From NCBI GenBank assembly GCA_951406725.2, contig OX597843.1, positions 1,426,001-1,490,000 of the forward strand: a stretch of 64,000 nucleotides of DNA. Direction: 5' to 3'. Positions 24,464 through 39,395 of this stretch are shown in pieces. The position numbers were made by a program, and so were the translations under genes. Position 1 is the first letter of the stretch, and the number at the start of each line of letters is the position of its first letter. Under the pieces are notes generated by a model. That model made no database searches and was not told the DNA's origin. It was given only the letters and a program-made list of their open reading frames with translations. Source of the DNA: Octopus vulgaris (lineage: Eukaryota).

Positions 24464-25491
24464 AATCTATCAATCTATCTATCTATCTCTCTAGTTATCC
24501 ATCTATCTGACTATCTATCCATTTGTCCATCTCTAGCTATCCATCTATCTATCCACTTGTCCGTCTCTCTAGCTATCTGTCTAGCCATCCCTCTAGCTAC
24601 CCATCTATCCATCCATTTGTCCATCTCTCTAGCTACCCATCTATCTATATATCTCTCTAGCTACCCATCTATCTATATATCTCTCTAGCTACCCATCTAT
24701 CTATATATCTCTCTTGCTACCCATCTTTCCATCTTGGTATCCATCAACCTATCTGTCTGTCCATTAGTTTATCTACTTATCCAGTCAACATCTTCACTAA
24801 CTACTCAAACACCCACCTACCTATTTCTTTACTACCCACAGGGGGCTAAACACAGAGGGGACAAACAAGGACAGACAAACGGATTAAGTCGATTATATCG
24901 ACCCCAGTGCGTAACTGGTACTTATTTAATCGACCTCGGCAGAATTTGAACTCAGAACGTAACGGCAGATGAAATACCTATTTCTTTACTACCCACAAGG
25001 GGCTAAACATAGAGGGGACAAACAAGGACAGATACACAGATTAAGTCAATTACATCAACTCCAGTGCGTAATTGGTAGTTATTTAATCGACCCCGAAAGG
25101 ATGAAAGGCAAAGTCGACCTCAGCGGAATTTGAACTCAGAATGTAACAGCAGACAAAATACGGCTAAGCATTTCGCCTGACGTGCAAACATTTCTGCCAG
25201 CTCACCGCCTTCACCTACCTATCCATCTCATTGACATCTACACACCTTGTATCTATCTAGCCCTCCACCAAGTCAACATCACATTATTTGTCTATCTGTC
25301 CATTAACACCTACACAATATGTCTAGTTATCCATCCGCCCATCCACCCAAACATATTCATCTACAAACCGACCAAGCCTGTAGTTATTTGCCAAAAGTTA
25401 ATTGACATGTTTAGACATGCTGACATACACATTAATACATACATACCTTCACTTACACACACAACTATACATGCCTATACATACAACCTTA

Positions 25492-25895
25492 GGATCTTGT
25501 CGGTTTGAACGGCAGTTTTTTCTAGCGGTGTCATATGAAATTGTCACCCATAATTATGACCCTAGTATTGATCTATTGCATTTCAATCTGTTTTAGGGTG
25601 AGGGGAAGGGTATCTTTTTTCTTCACAAATGTAAATAAACCCAATCTGTTTCTTAAACGAGGGCTATATTCATACGGCACAGAATGTTTTTCACCTCAAT
25701 AGATGTCATTGATAGGTTGAAATTGCAGAAATTGAAGAAAAAAACCAACAAATATCTTACAAACTATAGAATTTTCTCAATAAAGCCAAGAGAAAAAGAT
25801 GTTTTATAAACACATTCTATCAGTATACGAAGTTTAAAAGTGTTTAGTTACGTGGAAATTATTTTAAAAAACTGCCGGTCAAACCAAAAAGATCC
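25492..25895 (+). mobile_element. GG-TIR MITE, intact copy with probable 8-bp TSD
   Basis: Flanks are caacctta / caacttta (one mismatch); TIRs GGATCTT...AAGATCC. Confidence 0.8.
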
Positions 25896-27004
25896 CAACT
25901 TTACACACACATACATATAACTACACATACAATTTCCTATCATATACATACATCATACACACACAAACATCATACAGACATACATATACATACATACATC
26001 ACACACATTCATGCAGTGCCAGATTAAGACCCATACAAACCTCAAGTACTTACAAGATTTTGGGGCCCCCATATACATGCAATTCAAAATATAAACAATA
26101 ATAAACCATATTTATTTTCCAAAATGAAACAGTAAGATGGAAAATACTGTTTGTTTTAGAATCATCATCATCACCATCATAGTTTAACGTCCGTTTTCCA
26201 TGCTAGCATGGGTTGGACGGTTTGACCGGGGATCTGGGAAGCCAGAAGGCTGCACCAGGTTCCAGTCTTATCTGGCAATGTTTCTACAGCTGGATGTAGC
26301 CCTTCCTAACGCCAACCACTCCGTGAGTGTAGTGGGTACTTTTTACCTCACTACCTCCTCCTCCTCCTCATCGTTTAACGTCCGTTCTCCATGCTGGCAT
26401 GGGTTGGACGGTTCGACCGGGGATCTGGGAAGCCAGAAGGCTGCACCAGGCTCCAGTCTTATCTGGCAATGTTTCTACAGCTGGATGCCCTTCCTAACGC
26501 CAACCACTCCGTGAGTGTAGTGGGTGCTTTTTACGTGCCACCCGCACAGGTGCCAGGCGAGGCTGGCAACGGCCACGGTCGGATTGGTGCAATTTACGTG
26601 CCACCGGCACGGAAGCCAGTCGAGGCAGCGCTGGCATCGGCTACGATTCGGATAGTGCATTTTACGTACCACCAGTCCAGGGGTCCTGGCATCTGCCGGG
26701 TGCCAGTCATAGGATTGGTTCAATTTCGATTTAGATTTGAACAGTTTTCTCTTCTAATTGCAAAATCTTTGATCAGATCCTCAAAATTAATCTTACATAA
26801 CAAATCTGCTTCTTACTTAATTGTACTTGTGACGCCGTTCACCCAGGGTGGGTTGAGCCGGCTTCTCTGGTCCTAACGGCATCACGAACCATGGTGGCCC
26901 ACGCTCAAAGGTCCCATGTGAGGTCACTGGAGATAGCGAGCCATTCGCGGTTCCATCTGCGCAGACTGACCACCTGCGGACCTGAGAGTTCAGAGAGGTC
27001 CTCC

Positions 27005-27410
27005 TTTATCGTCATTGCTCAGGTCTTCGGTTGTCCACCCGTGCATTTGCGCCAGCTGGGAAGTGGAGGTGGGAGGAGGAGGACATCGCGAATCAGCTCA
27101 CCCCCTGGACGCCGGGCCACATGACCAAACCACCTTAAGCGCCGTTGTAAAAGCACCGAAGGGAGGGGCCGGAGATTCAGGCAATGACGAAGACCAGCTG
27201 TAGGGACCGGATCACTGCGTCGGCAGCGAAGAATGTGGCGGAGACAGTCATTGTCGAACACCTCCAGCCTTCGCTGACCAACTACCCTCATAGGCCATGT
27301 TTCGCAACCATACAGGAGGATAGTACGAAAGACGGCCTGGTAGATTCGCCCTTTGGTCACCGAGGAGACCTCTCTTCTGTCCCAGAGGCACCGCTCGAGG
27401 TGCACGAATG
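27005..27410 (-). mobile_element. RTE-like LINE fragment (post-RT region)
   Basis: TKGRIYQAVFRTILLYGCETWP...LEVFDNDCLRHIL...QRRLRWFGHVARR is the typical RTE/L2 C-terminal motif set. Confidence 0.85.
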
Positions 27411-27849
27411 TGGACCTGGGCTGTATGTTGTGTTCTTGAGCAAGGCACTTCATGTGCGTTGTGTTCTTGAGCAGCGGTGGTGCCCCACTGGTGGTGCCCC
27501 AGCATGGCCGCGGCCTTCGGGCTGAAACATTTTTAAGGATTTAAGGCACTTCATTTCTCATTGCTCCAGTTCACTCAATTGTAGAAATGAGTAGTGATAT
27601 CACTGGGCCTTTGCCTTTCCCTTGGATAACATCAGTAGCATGAAGAGGGGAGGCTGGTATGGATGGGTGACTGCTGGTCTTCCATAAACAACCTTGCCCA
27701 GACTTGTGCCTCAGATGGGAACTTTCAAGGTGCAATCCCATGGTCATTTATGACCAAAGGGGTCTTTACCCCTTCACCCATATTTGACAGATTTATCTGA
27801 ATGCTAAAGGGTCAAAGTGATTTCTTTTGTACCATAAAACCATTTACCA

Positions 27850-28503
27850 CTAGCAGTATCGCCCGGCGTTGCTCGGGTTTGTAAGGGAAATAACTATATA
27901 AGCATTTTTAGAGAGTTACTTCCATTATATAAACCGAGCGAAAAATGCATTAAAAATGCGGAAAAATGATGGTAAATTTTTTTTAAAATCGTAGACTCAT
28001 CGTAGACACGCGCTAATACCCGAAGGGGCTCGATATGAATCACAACTATAAGATACCCGCTTTTGGTTAAACTGCACCGAAAATGTGGGAGTAGTTAGGA
28101 ATCTAAATCGGAGTAGACAGACACACACACAACTTCAGTTTTATATATAACTAGCAGTATCGCCCGGCGTTGCTCGGGTTTGTAAGGGAAATAACTATAT
28201 AAGCATTTTTAGAGATGTAAAGTATAATAGCCATCTCAATATGGCTAACCACAAAGGGGGGGTGTTACTGTAGCTTTTTACGTTCTGAGATTTAATAATA
28301 AAGTTTTAAAGAGTTACTTCCCTTATATATGCCAAAAATGCATTAAAAATGGGAAAAATTGATGGTAAATTTTTTCTTAAATCGTAGACTCATCGTAGAC
28401 GCGCGCTAATACCCAGAAGGGCTCGATATGAATCATGACTATAAGATACCCGGTTTTGGTTAAAATGCACCACAAAATGTGGGAGTAGTTTTATATATAA
28501 AGA
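27850..28503 (-). mobile_element. Non-autonomous Helitron, two head-to-tail units
   Basis: On the minus strand it begins A|TC at 28503 and ends with the hairpin CCCGAGCAACGCCGGG, a few nt, then CTAG|T at 27850. The same 3' end recurs at 28151. No TSD. Confidence 0.8.
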
Positions 28504-28844
28504 TTTCTGCGGTGCCCCACCACCACTTCCCTTGATGCACTAATCACATGCTTAATTTCCTAAATGATTAATCCGATGTTGCACATATGCCGGTCCCTCT
28601 CATATACATACAGCATCACACACCAGTTCTACCGATATGCCCAACCCAGAATCTAAGATAGCAGACACATCCTAGAGCCCCACCCTTGTTCCAACAGCCC
28701 CTACCAACATGTTTGTCAGGTTTCAGATGAAGCAGGATCTGCAAAGGTTTACAAAACCTAAACCCAGACGTTACAGCCAATCAGATGTTTGTTGATTGGG
28801 ATTTTAATTAAGGATTGTAGAGTTCACATGATGGGAAAGGGGTG

Positions 28845-30120
28845 GGAAGAAAGTGAAGAAGAAAAAGAATGAAAGAAGAAGTAAGAAAAATGAAAGAATA
28901 AAAGGAATGAAAGAAAGAAGAATGAAAGAAGAAAGGAAAGAATGGAAGAAAGAAGAAAAAGAGTAAAAGAAAGGAAGATGAAAGAAAAGAAAGAATGAAA
29001 GAAAGAAAGAAAGAAAATGAAAGAAAAGAAGTGAAAGAATGAAGAATGAAAGAAGAAAAATAATGAAAGAAAGAAGTAAGAAAAATGAAAGAAATAAAGG
29101 AATGAAAGAAAGAAAGGAATGAAAGAAAATGAAATAAAAGAAATGAAAGAAAGAAGAATGGAAGAAGGAAGAAAAAGAGTAAAAGAAAGGAAGATGAAAG
29201 AAAAGAAAGAATGAAAGAAAGAAAGAAGAAAGAAAATGAAAGAAAAGAAGTGAAAGAATGAAGAATGAAAGAAGAAAAAGAATGAAAGAAAGAAGAATGA
29301 AAGAAGGAAGAAAAAGAGTAAAAGAAAGGAAGATGAAAGGAAAGAAAGAATGAAAGAAAGAAAGAAAGAAAAGAAAGGAAAGAAAGAAGATTGAAAGAAG
29401 GAAGAAAAAGAGTAAAAGAATGGAAGATGAAAGAAAGAATGAAAGAAAGAAAATTTCAATTCAATACAATTTTTATTGGCTTAAAAAGCAAAAGCAAGGC
29501 CATGTAGGGGGACAGGGAGTTATGTACAGGGAGGGTGGTCATACAAAGAGCTCAGGCCATTTCTGGTCAAGCGAAGAAAAGAAGTGAAAGAATGAAGAAT
29601 GAAAGAATAAAAGGAATGAAAGAAAGAAGACTGAAAGAAGAAAGGAAAGAATGGAAGAAAGAAGAAAAAGAGTAAAAGAAAGGAAGATGAAAGAAAAGAA
29701 AGAATGAAAGAAAGAAGAATGAAAGAAGGAAGAAAAAGAGTAAAAGAAAGGAAGATGAAAGAAAAGAAAGAATGAAAGAAAGAAGAATGAAAGAAAGAAA
29801 ATGAAATAAAAGAAATGAAAGAAAGAAGAATGAAAGAAGGAAGAAAAAGAGTAAAAAGAAAGGAAGACGAAAGAAAGAAAATGAAAGAAAAGAAGTGAAA
29901 GAAAGAAGAATGAAAGAAGAAAAAGAATGAAATAAAGCAGACTAAAGGGAAGAAAAAGTATGAAAGAAAGAGGAAATGGAAGGAGCAAAATGAATGATGA
30001 AAAAAAAACCAATGAAGAAGGGAGGAGGACAGGATGGGCAGGGAACGAAAAAAAAGAGGTGGAGGAAGAGGAGAGAAAATAAAGGAAAAAATACGACCAG
30101 AAAGAAAATGAAAAAAAAAT
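28845..30120. repeat. Polypurine (GAAA/GAA-rich) low-complexity tract
   Basis: Nearly pure A/G on the + strand. Similar tracts at 46845-47840 and 48905-49385. Confidence 0.92.
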
Positions 30121-30481
30121 AATATAGTAAAATATAAATAAAAACTACTAAAAATACCTATATACATACATACATATATATATATATTTATATACACACA
30201 TACTTACATACATACACATACACAGGAAAGAAAGAAGTGAAGAAGGAGAGTGCTGAGAGTGCAAACAATGGTGTATTCAGTAAAGTTAGTCATTGAAGTT
30301 GATGGGGAGTGACTAAAGATACTTGAGTCTTGGTTGGTTTCATTGGTCTTTTATTGGTGTTGAGTGAGATTAGTGCTGTGAATTTTACTAGGTTTTAGTA
30401 CAGATTAGACACAGATTGTCAAGTGGTGACAATTTGAAGAAAAAAAAAATTATGACCATCAAAGTAGTAGTAGTAGTAGTG

Positions 30482-30529
<48 letters not shown>

Positions 30530-31218
30530 ATTGTATGTATGTATGTATACTCTTTACTCTTTTACTTGTTTCAGTCATTTGACTGCGGCCATGCTGGAGC
30601 ACCGCCTTTAGTCGAGCAAATCGACCCAGGGACTTATTCTTTTGTAAGCCCAGTACTTATTCTATCGGTCTCTTTTTGCCGAACCGCTAAGTGACGGGGG
30701 ACATAAACACACCAGCATCGGTTGTCAAGCAATGCTAGGGGGACAAACACACACACACACAAACACATACACATATATATATATACATATATACGACGGG
30801 CTTCTTTCAGTTTCCGTCTACCAAATCCACTCACAGGGCATTGGTCGGCCCGGGGCTAAAGCAGAAGACACTTGCCCAAGATGCCACGCAGTGGGACTGA
30901 ACCCGGAACCATGTGGTTGGTTAGCAAGCTACTTACCACACAGCCACTCCTGCGCCTTGTATGTATGTATGTCTGTCATTGTTCAGTTTTATTTCAAGAT
31001 TCCTTCCCAACAGAGAAAGAGCAGGTTTCTTAACCTAGATCCAAGGTTCCTTCATTGGAATTTCAACATCAACAACAGGGCGGGCTAGAAAAAAGTTGGC
31101 AACAGGTGGCCACACGAAATTCAACTCTATACTTTAAAGAGTGTCTAACACTATAGCCTTGGGACGACCAAAGCCTCATGAGTGAATTTGGTAGACGAAA
31201 ACTGAAAGAAGCCTGTGA

Positions 31219-31254
<36 letters not shown>

Positions 31255-31514
31255 CATATATATATATGTATATACATATATATGTATATACATATATATG
31301 TATATATATGTATATATATATGTATATATATACATATATATATACACATATATATACACATATATATACACATATATATATGCACATATATATACACATA
31401 TATATATGTATATACATACATATATATATACACATATATATACACACATATATATACACATATATATACACACATATATACACACATATATACACACATA
31501 CATATATGAACACA

Positions 31515-31545
<31 letters not shown>

Positions 31546-31708
31546 GTATATATTAATCAATTTAGGGTAGCAAAAAATTCAATAGAAATTATTTTGCCAC
31601 CAGCGGTCTAGTGAGAAAGAGGAAATAGTCAAAGACTATGAATAAATTCAACAACAATTGAGGAACGGCTACAATAGGCCGTTCGACCCACTATACATAT
31701 AAATATAC

Positions 31709-31739
<31 letters not shown>

Positions 31740-31879
31740 CATATATATACATAGATATATACTCAGAGTAACAGGTTTTGTTGAATTTTCTGCTGCTTTA
31801 AATAAAGCATATTACTCTACCACTGGTATTTGAGTACCCTTTTTTCCACCTTGTTTCACATTTATGTGTTTACACACAC

Positions 31880-32164
<285 letters not shown>

Positions 32165-32818
32165 GAGAGTTTACGAAAATAAACAAAAGATGAAGACAGG
32201 TGGTGTACAAAACAAACAGATGTATTAGTATAACGCTCAGGAATAGAAAAAGTCTTTTATGTTTTGAGCCTATGCTCTTCTACAGAAAGGGACACAGAAA
32301 AAACAAGGAGAGAAAAAAAAGAGAGAAAAAAAGATGTGTGTAGTGGTTAACGATCTATCATGCATGTGTGTTTGTGTCTGTGTTCGTCTCCCCACTACCA
32401 TTGCTTGAGAACCGATGTCGGTGTGTTTGCGTCCCCCTACCTTAGCTGTTCAGCAGAAGAGGCTGATAGAATAAGCACCAGGCTTTCAGGAAATAAGCCC
32501 AGGGGTCAACTTCTTCGACTAAAGTGTGGTGCTCCAGCATGGCCACCGTCAAATGACTGAAACAAGTAAAAGAATAAAAGAATACCGGGAAAACGTCCAT
32601 ACCACTAAACCAAGAAGCTTCTTTGAATATGTACGATGTATTCTAAGGCTAAATAGTAATTCTGTTTACGTTTGCATAACTGAGATATTTTGGTTGGATT
32701 ATATAGTCATTGGTGTTACATTACTTTCTATATTCTGTAACTGTCACAAGATACTTTTCCAGGCCTGAATATTTTGTGGGGAGGGTGACAGTTGATTAGA
32801 TCATGATGATGATGATGA

Positions 32819-32865
<47 letters not shown>

Positions 32866-33770
32866 GTGTGTGTGTATTATAGGTACGCACTGGGGTCGAT
32901 ATAATCGACTTAATCCGTTTTTCTGTCCTTGTTTATCCCCTCTGTGTTTAGCCCGTTGTGGGTAGTAAAGAAATAGGTATTTCGTCTGCTGCTACGTTCT
33001 GAGTTCAAATTCCGCCGAGGTCGACTTTGCCTTTCATCCTTTCGGGGTCGATTAAATAAGAACCAGTTACGCACTGGGGTCGATATAATCGACTTAATCC
33101 ATGTGTGTGTGTATGTGCACATGCATGTATGTATATGTGACTGTGGTGTGTGTGTGTGTGAGAGAGAGAGTGTGTGTATTTGTTCTACCCACTGTTTGTC
33201 AATGAGTTGGCTTGTTCACAACCTTGCTTCTAAACCACATGGTTCTATGTTCAGTCCCACTGCATGGCACGTTGGGCAACTGTCTTCAACTAAACCCTTG
33301 GGCTGGCCAAAGCCTTGTGAGTGGATTTGGTAGATGGAAACTGAAAGAAGCTCACTGTGTGTGTGTGTGTGTGTGTGTGTGTATAGGGGCGGTGCAAAAT
33401 TGGTAACTGGAGTAGAATGAGTAATTGAGTAATTTGTGATTTCTTGTTGCAAGCGTTGCCTCATCATTTTGTAATGTTGCATCATCTTTGGGAGTAAAAA
33501 TTGGTTAGCATAGTTGTTGTTGTTAAAGTTGAGAGAGTTTGAAAGAATCAAGTGACAGATGCATTTTTTCAAGAAATTTTTCCTCATCATAAAAAGTGCT
33601 GGTGATGGCGACACTTAAAAAGCACCCAGTACACTCTGTAAAGCGGTTGATTTAGGAAGGGCATCCAGCTGTAGAAGTGAAGCCAAAACAGACCATAGAA
33701 CCTAGTGCTACCCCTGGCCTAGCTAGTTCCTGTCAGGCCATCCAACCCATGAGAGCTTAGAAAACAGACA

Positions 33771-34709
33771 TTAACCCTTTCGTTACTGCATTTATTTTGA
33801 GATGCTCTGTGTTTTTTTTTCAATTACTTCTAGTGTTAGGAACATAAATTGTGGCTAAGGTTTGGTGGAAGATTTTAATTCAAAACTTATGAAAACAAGA
33901 CATTTGTACTACAGAGACAGAGGTGGTTTCAGCCAGGTTGGAATCAAAAGGGTTAAGAATTGATTCTCTATTATATATTTTAACCCTTCTGTTACCGTAT
34001 TTATTTTGAGATGCTCTGTGTTTTTTTCAATTACTTTAAATATAACAAAGAATTAAGTAAAATAACTTAGTTATCATTCAGCTAGTGTTAGGAACATAAA
34101 TTGTGACTAAGGTTTGGTGGAAGATTATAAGTCAAAACTTATGAAAACAAGACATTTGTACTACAGAGCCAGGGGCAGTTTGAGCCGAGTTGGTATCAAA
34201 AGGGTTAAAAATATCATGGTGACTTTAACCCTTTTGTTACCATATTTCTGTTGAGATGCTCTGTGTTTCTTTCAATTAATTTTAAATATAACAAAGAATT
34301 TAGTAAAATAACTTAGTTATCATTAAGCTAGTGTTAGGAACATAAATTGTGGCTAAGGTTTGGTGGAAGATTTTAATTCAAAACTTATGAAAACAAGACA
34401 TTTGTACTACAGAGCCAGAGCCGGCTTCAGCCAGGTTGGTATCAAAAGGGTTAAGAATTGTTTCTCTATTATATATTTTAACCCTTTTGTTACCGTATTT
34501 ATTTTGAGAAGCTCTGTGTTTCTTTCAATTACTTTAGATATAACAAAGAATTTAGTAAAATAACTTAGTTATCATTCATTAAGCTTGAGATAGGAACATA
34601 AATCGTGACTAAGATTTGGTGGAAGATTTTAATTCAAAACTTATGGAAACAAAACATATGTAATCAAAGCCAGAGCTGGTTTCAGCCAGATCGGTAACGA
34701 AAGGGTTAA
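33771..34709 (+). mobile_element. Four clustered piggyBac-like MITE copies (about 185-230 bp each)
   Basis: Each unit runs TTAA-CCCTT...AAAGGG-TTAA (starts near 33771, 33980, 34225 and 34478) and shares the same internal sequence. Confidence 0.75.
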
Positions 34710-35480
34710 ATGTTGATGATGAGAATGATATGTCTGTGTGTTTATGCACCCACCCACCCACCGCATGAGGTAATGAACTGGTTTACATAATTTTATCTAT
34801 GAATCATTTTTCTTATCAGCAAACATTTGCAGTGAACTTGCAGCCTTCAGCTGAACAGAATTAATTTCAAAACAGTCACACAGTCCCCAATATCCTTCAA
34901 AAGTGTCTCAACACAAAAATCTCAGTTTATCCTGGTGCAGTACTCTGGCCTATCACCTCTAATGTCGTCATCATCAGTTTTACGTATGTGTGTGGCTTGG
35001 ACAGAATTCGTTAAAGCAGATTTGTTTTTCAGCGACTTAATGCCTTTCCTAAACACCAATCCTCACCTGTCAGGTAATACTTCCCCGTGGCCAGGTGTTT
35101 TAGGGGAAGATAAGTAGTAAATGACACTGCACATATGACTGGCACTCATATACAACCAATTACTCTTACTCTTTTACTTGTTTCAGTCATCTGACTGTGG
35201 CCATGCTGGAGCACCGCCTTTAGTCAAGCAACTCGACCCTCGGGACATTCTTTTTGTGGAGCACCGCCTTTAGTCAAGCAACTCGACCCTCGGGACATTC
35301 TTTTTGTGGAGCACCGCCTTTAGTCGAGCAACTCGACCCCGGGACTTATTTTTTTTGTAAGCCCAGTACTTATTCTATCGGTCTCTTTTGCCGAACCGCC
35401 AAGTAACGGGGACATAAACACACCAGTATCGGTTGTCAAGCAATGCTAGGGGGAAAAACACAGACACACAAACAGACACA

Positions 35481-35524
<44 letters not shown>

Positions 35525-36239
35525 TACATATATATGACGGGCTTCTTTCAGTTTCCGTCTACCAAATCCACTCACAAGGCTTTGGTCGGCCCGAGGCTAT
35601 AGTAGAAGACACTTGCCCAAGGTGCTACGCAGTGGGACTGAACCCGGAACCATGTGGTTGGTAAGCAAGCTACTTACCACACAGCCACACCTGCGCCTGA
35701 CTTAATGCTTTTCCTAACACCAATCCTCACCTGTCAGGTAATACTTCTCCGTGGCCAGGTGTTTTAGGGGCAGATAAGTAGTAAATGACACTGCACATCA
35801 TATGACTGGCACTCATATACAACCAATGTGAATAAAAGATAGGATAGTCATGGTTGGAACAACTTTGATCATAGGCCAGCTGGATTATGGCTGACCTGGG
35901 GTTAAACAACAACAAATTTAAGGACTGGAATTGAACTAATAAAAAAATAGGGTTTACTGGCTTTGATCATTGAACCTGGTAATGCTGGGGCATGCCTAAA
36001 GGTCGCAATGCCCCAGCAAGGCCATTAGAAGAACATACTGCGCCCAATAGCTATTTTTAGATCAATTAGTTCAATTGTGTATTGTATCATTAAAGTTATT
36101 AACGAACGTTAATTGCTCCCTTAATTAGCTGCTAATTAGTTAAACATCGCATTGAAGAGATAAATTAAACTATATTTGGAGGCTGGTTTAAAAGGTTTTT
36201 GTAACCAAAACAAAGCCTTTCCACCTGGATATACAGATG

Positions 36240-36608
36240 GAAGCACTCCGTCGGTTACGACGATGAGGGTTCCGGTTGATCCGATCAACGGAACAGCCTG
36301 CTCGTGAAATTAACATGTAAGTGGCTGAGCACTCCACAGACACGCGTACCCTTAACGTAGTTCTCGGGGATATTCAGAGTGACAAGGCCGGCCCTTTGAA
36401 ATACAGGTACAACAGAAACAGGAAGAAAGAGTGAGAGAAAGAGTGGTGAAGGAGTACAGCAGGGATCACCACCATCCCCTGCCGGAGCCTCGTGGAGCTT
36501 TAGGTGTTTTCGCTCAATAAACACTCACAACGCCCGGTCTGGGAATCAAAACCGCGATCCTATGACCGCAAGTCCGCTGCCCTAACCACTGGGCCATTGC
36601 GCCTCCAC
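36240..36608 (-). mobile_element. SINE family D (GGAGGCGCAATGGCCCAGTGG head; related to family C)
   Basis: tRNA-like head. Flanked by a direct repeat ACCTGGATATACAGATGGAA (probable TSD). Further copies at about 42760-43451. Confidence 0.8.
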
Positions 36609-37887
36609 TTACCTGGATATACAGATGGAAAATCAAAACAAAGGAAGAAATAAAGTATTAGAGAGGGAAAGAGAGTAGGAGGAAGGTAGGAGTGAGGCAA
36701 AGGAAGAGGAAGAAACAGAAGAGAGATGTCACACCAAAAATATTCAAACAATATTTTACAAATGAGTAAGAAGTCATAAGGTGGTGAGCTGGCAGAGATG
36801 TTAGCACGCAGGACGAAATGCTTGGCGGTATTTCGTCTGTCGCTCGTTCTGAGTTCAAATTCCGCCGAGGTCGACTTTGCTTTTCATCCTTTCGGGGTAA
36901 ATTAAATAAGTACCAGTTACGCACTGGGGTAGATGTAATCGACTTAATCCGTTTTTCTGTCCTTGTTTGTCCCCTCTGTGTTTAGCCCCTTGTGGGTAGT
37001 AAAGAAATATTTCGTCTGCTGCTACATTCTGAATTCAAATTCCGCCGAGGTCGACTTTGCCTTTCATCCTTTCAGGGTCAATTAAATAAGTACCAGTTAC
37101 GCACTGGGGTCGATATAATCGACTTAATCCGTTTTTCTGTCCTTGTTTGTCCCCTCTGTGTTTAGCCCCTTGTGGGTAGTAAAGAATTAGGTATTTCGTC
37201 TGATGCTACGTTCTGAGTTCAAATTCCACCATGGTTGACTTTGCCTTTCATCCTTTCGGGGTAGATTAAATAAGAACCAGTTACGCACTGGGGTCGATAT
37301 AATCGACTTAATCCATGTGTGTGTGTATGTGCACATGCATGTATGTATATGTGACTGTGGTGTGTGTGTGTGTGTGTGAGAGAGAGAGTGTGTGTATTTG
37401 TTCTACCCACTGTTTGTCAATGAGTTGGCTTGTTCACAACCATGTAACTTAACAGTTTGGCAAAAAGAGATCAATAGAATAAGTAAGTATTTGGGGTCAA
37501 TTTCTTCTACTAAAACCCTTGAAGGCAGCACCTACGCATCACCACATTCGAATGACTAAAAGAAGTGAAAAATAGAAAAGAAAAGATACCATATGCATAT
37601 ACATACTCATGCTAGTGTGTGTGTGTGTGTTTTCTGTCTGCATCACCAAAAAATTTAAAGCTCTCAGCTTAAATTTTTGGGGCCAGCCAGATTTAAACAG
37701 TCTCAAGTGTAATCAGCCGAAACTGTAAGGATGATCTGGAAATTTAACTGATGAGAGAAGGCTGCGAATGACCCGTCTTTATTTTTTCTAGTTTGTTTTT
37801 TTGTTGTCTTTCCTGTCTGTCTTTGTATGTCCGGATGTTTTATTGGCGTCTGTTGCATTTTTGTTCCATGTTTTTGATTTATATATG

Positions 37888-37924
<37 letters not shown>

Positions 37925-38130
37925 GTAAAATAATATGTGACAATTATTCAATAGCCAAGATAAAACTCTGAGTTTTGGATGCCGAGGTGGATATCCACAA
38001 CACCATCTCTTCCGAAGATGGTGTTATGGATTTCCACCTTGGCATCCGAAACTTCCCAGACTCCAGTCGAGCCACCACTTTTGATGAAATTTTTTGCTGA
38101 AAAAATTTTATCCTATATTAGTAGTAGTAG

Positions 38131-38163
<33 letters not shown>

Positions 38164-38961
38164 GCAACAAGAATGAATCCGGTAATTTAGTACAATTGTT
38201 TCATACTACAACATTTTATTAAAAGCTGTAAATATTACAGCAGATTTAATATGCCGAGTAATCTTCAGCTAATTTTATATAGGTTTTCCAATAATATAAA
38301 GTTCTCAGATCAATTAATAACATCTTAGGGAAGGTAAATATACAGATAAAGATGTAGATATGAATCTTAGGAACATGAGGTCGTGTGGTTCAGATGCTAA
38401 CTGACCAAAACTTTGTTCACAACTGACTGTAGTAAGAAAATTTCCTTAGTTATAAGGATGGGGGGTAAGGGCAGGTCAAGAATTCAAGTTAGTTGAAGAA
38501 AAGAGGAAAATTTAGGAGATGTAAAAGAAGAACAGATTATATATATATTGAGCTGGCAGAAATGCTTAGCGGTATTTTGTCTGTCTTTACGTTCTGAGTT
38601 CAAATTCCGCTGAGGTCAATAAATTAAAAACCACCTTCCCCAAAATTTCAGGCCTATATATACATGTGGAGTGAAACACATAAATTAATATTGAACTCCC
38701 ATTAGATGGAGTACTCTTCTTGTTGACCTTTCTACGCAAATCAATTTACTATATATATATATTTCCTAAGCTTCAAAACACTTATACACTTAATATGTGT
38801 TATTTATAAATTTTGCATCATACATAATACACAGAGAGATGATATGTACATATATACATAAGGAAATAATAACACATCTCTGCTTGTATGTAAGATGATA
38901 GATAGCTAGATCAGATAGACAAATAGACAGACAGATACATAGATAAAGCGACAGATAGATG

Positions 38962-39010
<49 letters not shown>

Positions 39011-39030
39011 GTAGATTAGAGAGATAGATC

Positions 39031-39072
<42 letters not shown>

Positions 39073-39133
39073 ATACATAGATGGATAGATAGATAGACAA
39101 ATAGATCAGATAGATAGATTAGATAGATAGATC

Positions 39134-39171
<38 letters not shown>

Positions 39172-39325
39172 GTAGGTAGGTAGATAGATAGATAGATAGA
39201 TAGACAAATAGACAGACAGATATATAGATATATAGATAGATAGATAGATAGACAAATAGACAGACAGACAGACAGATATATAGATAGATAGATAGACAAA
39301 TAGACAGACAGACAGACAGATATAT

Positions 39326-39395
<70 letters not shown>

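Noticed and set aside
28824-30197. Phe/Ser-rich hydrophobic ORFs resembling membrane proteins
   Set aside because: Antisense translation of a polypurine low-complexity tract.
33216-33614. 132-aa minus-strand ORF
   Set aside because: It runs through a SINE and (CA)n, shows no recognisable domain and has no convincing splice sites.
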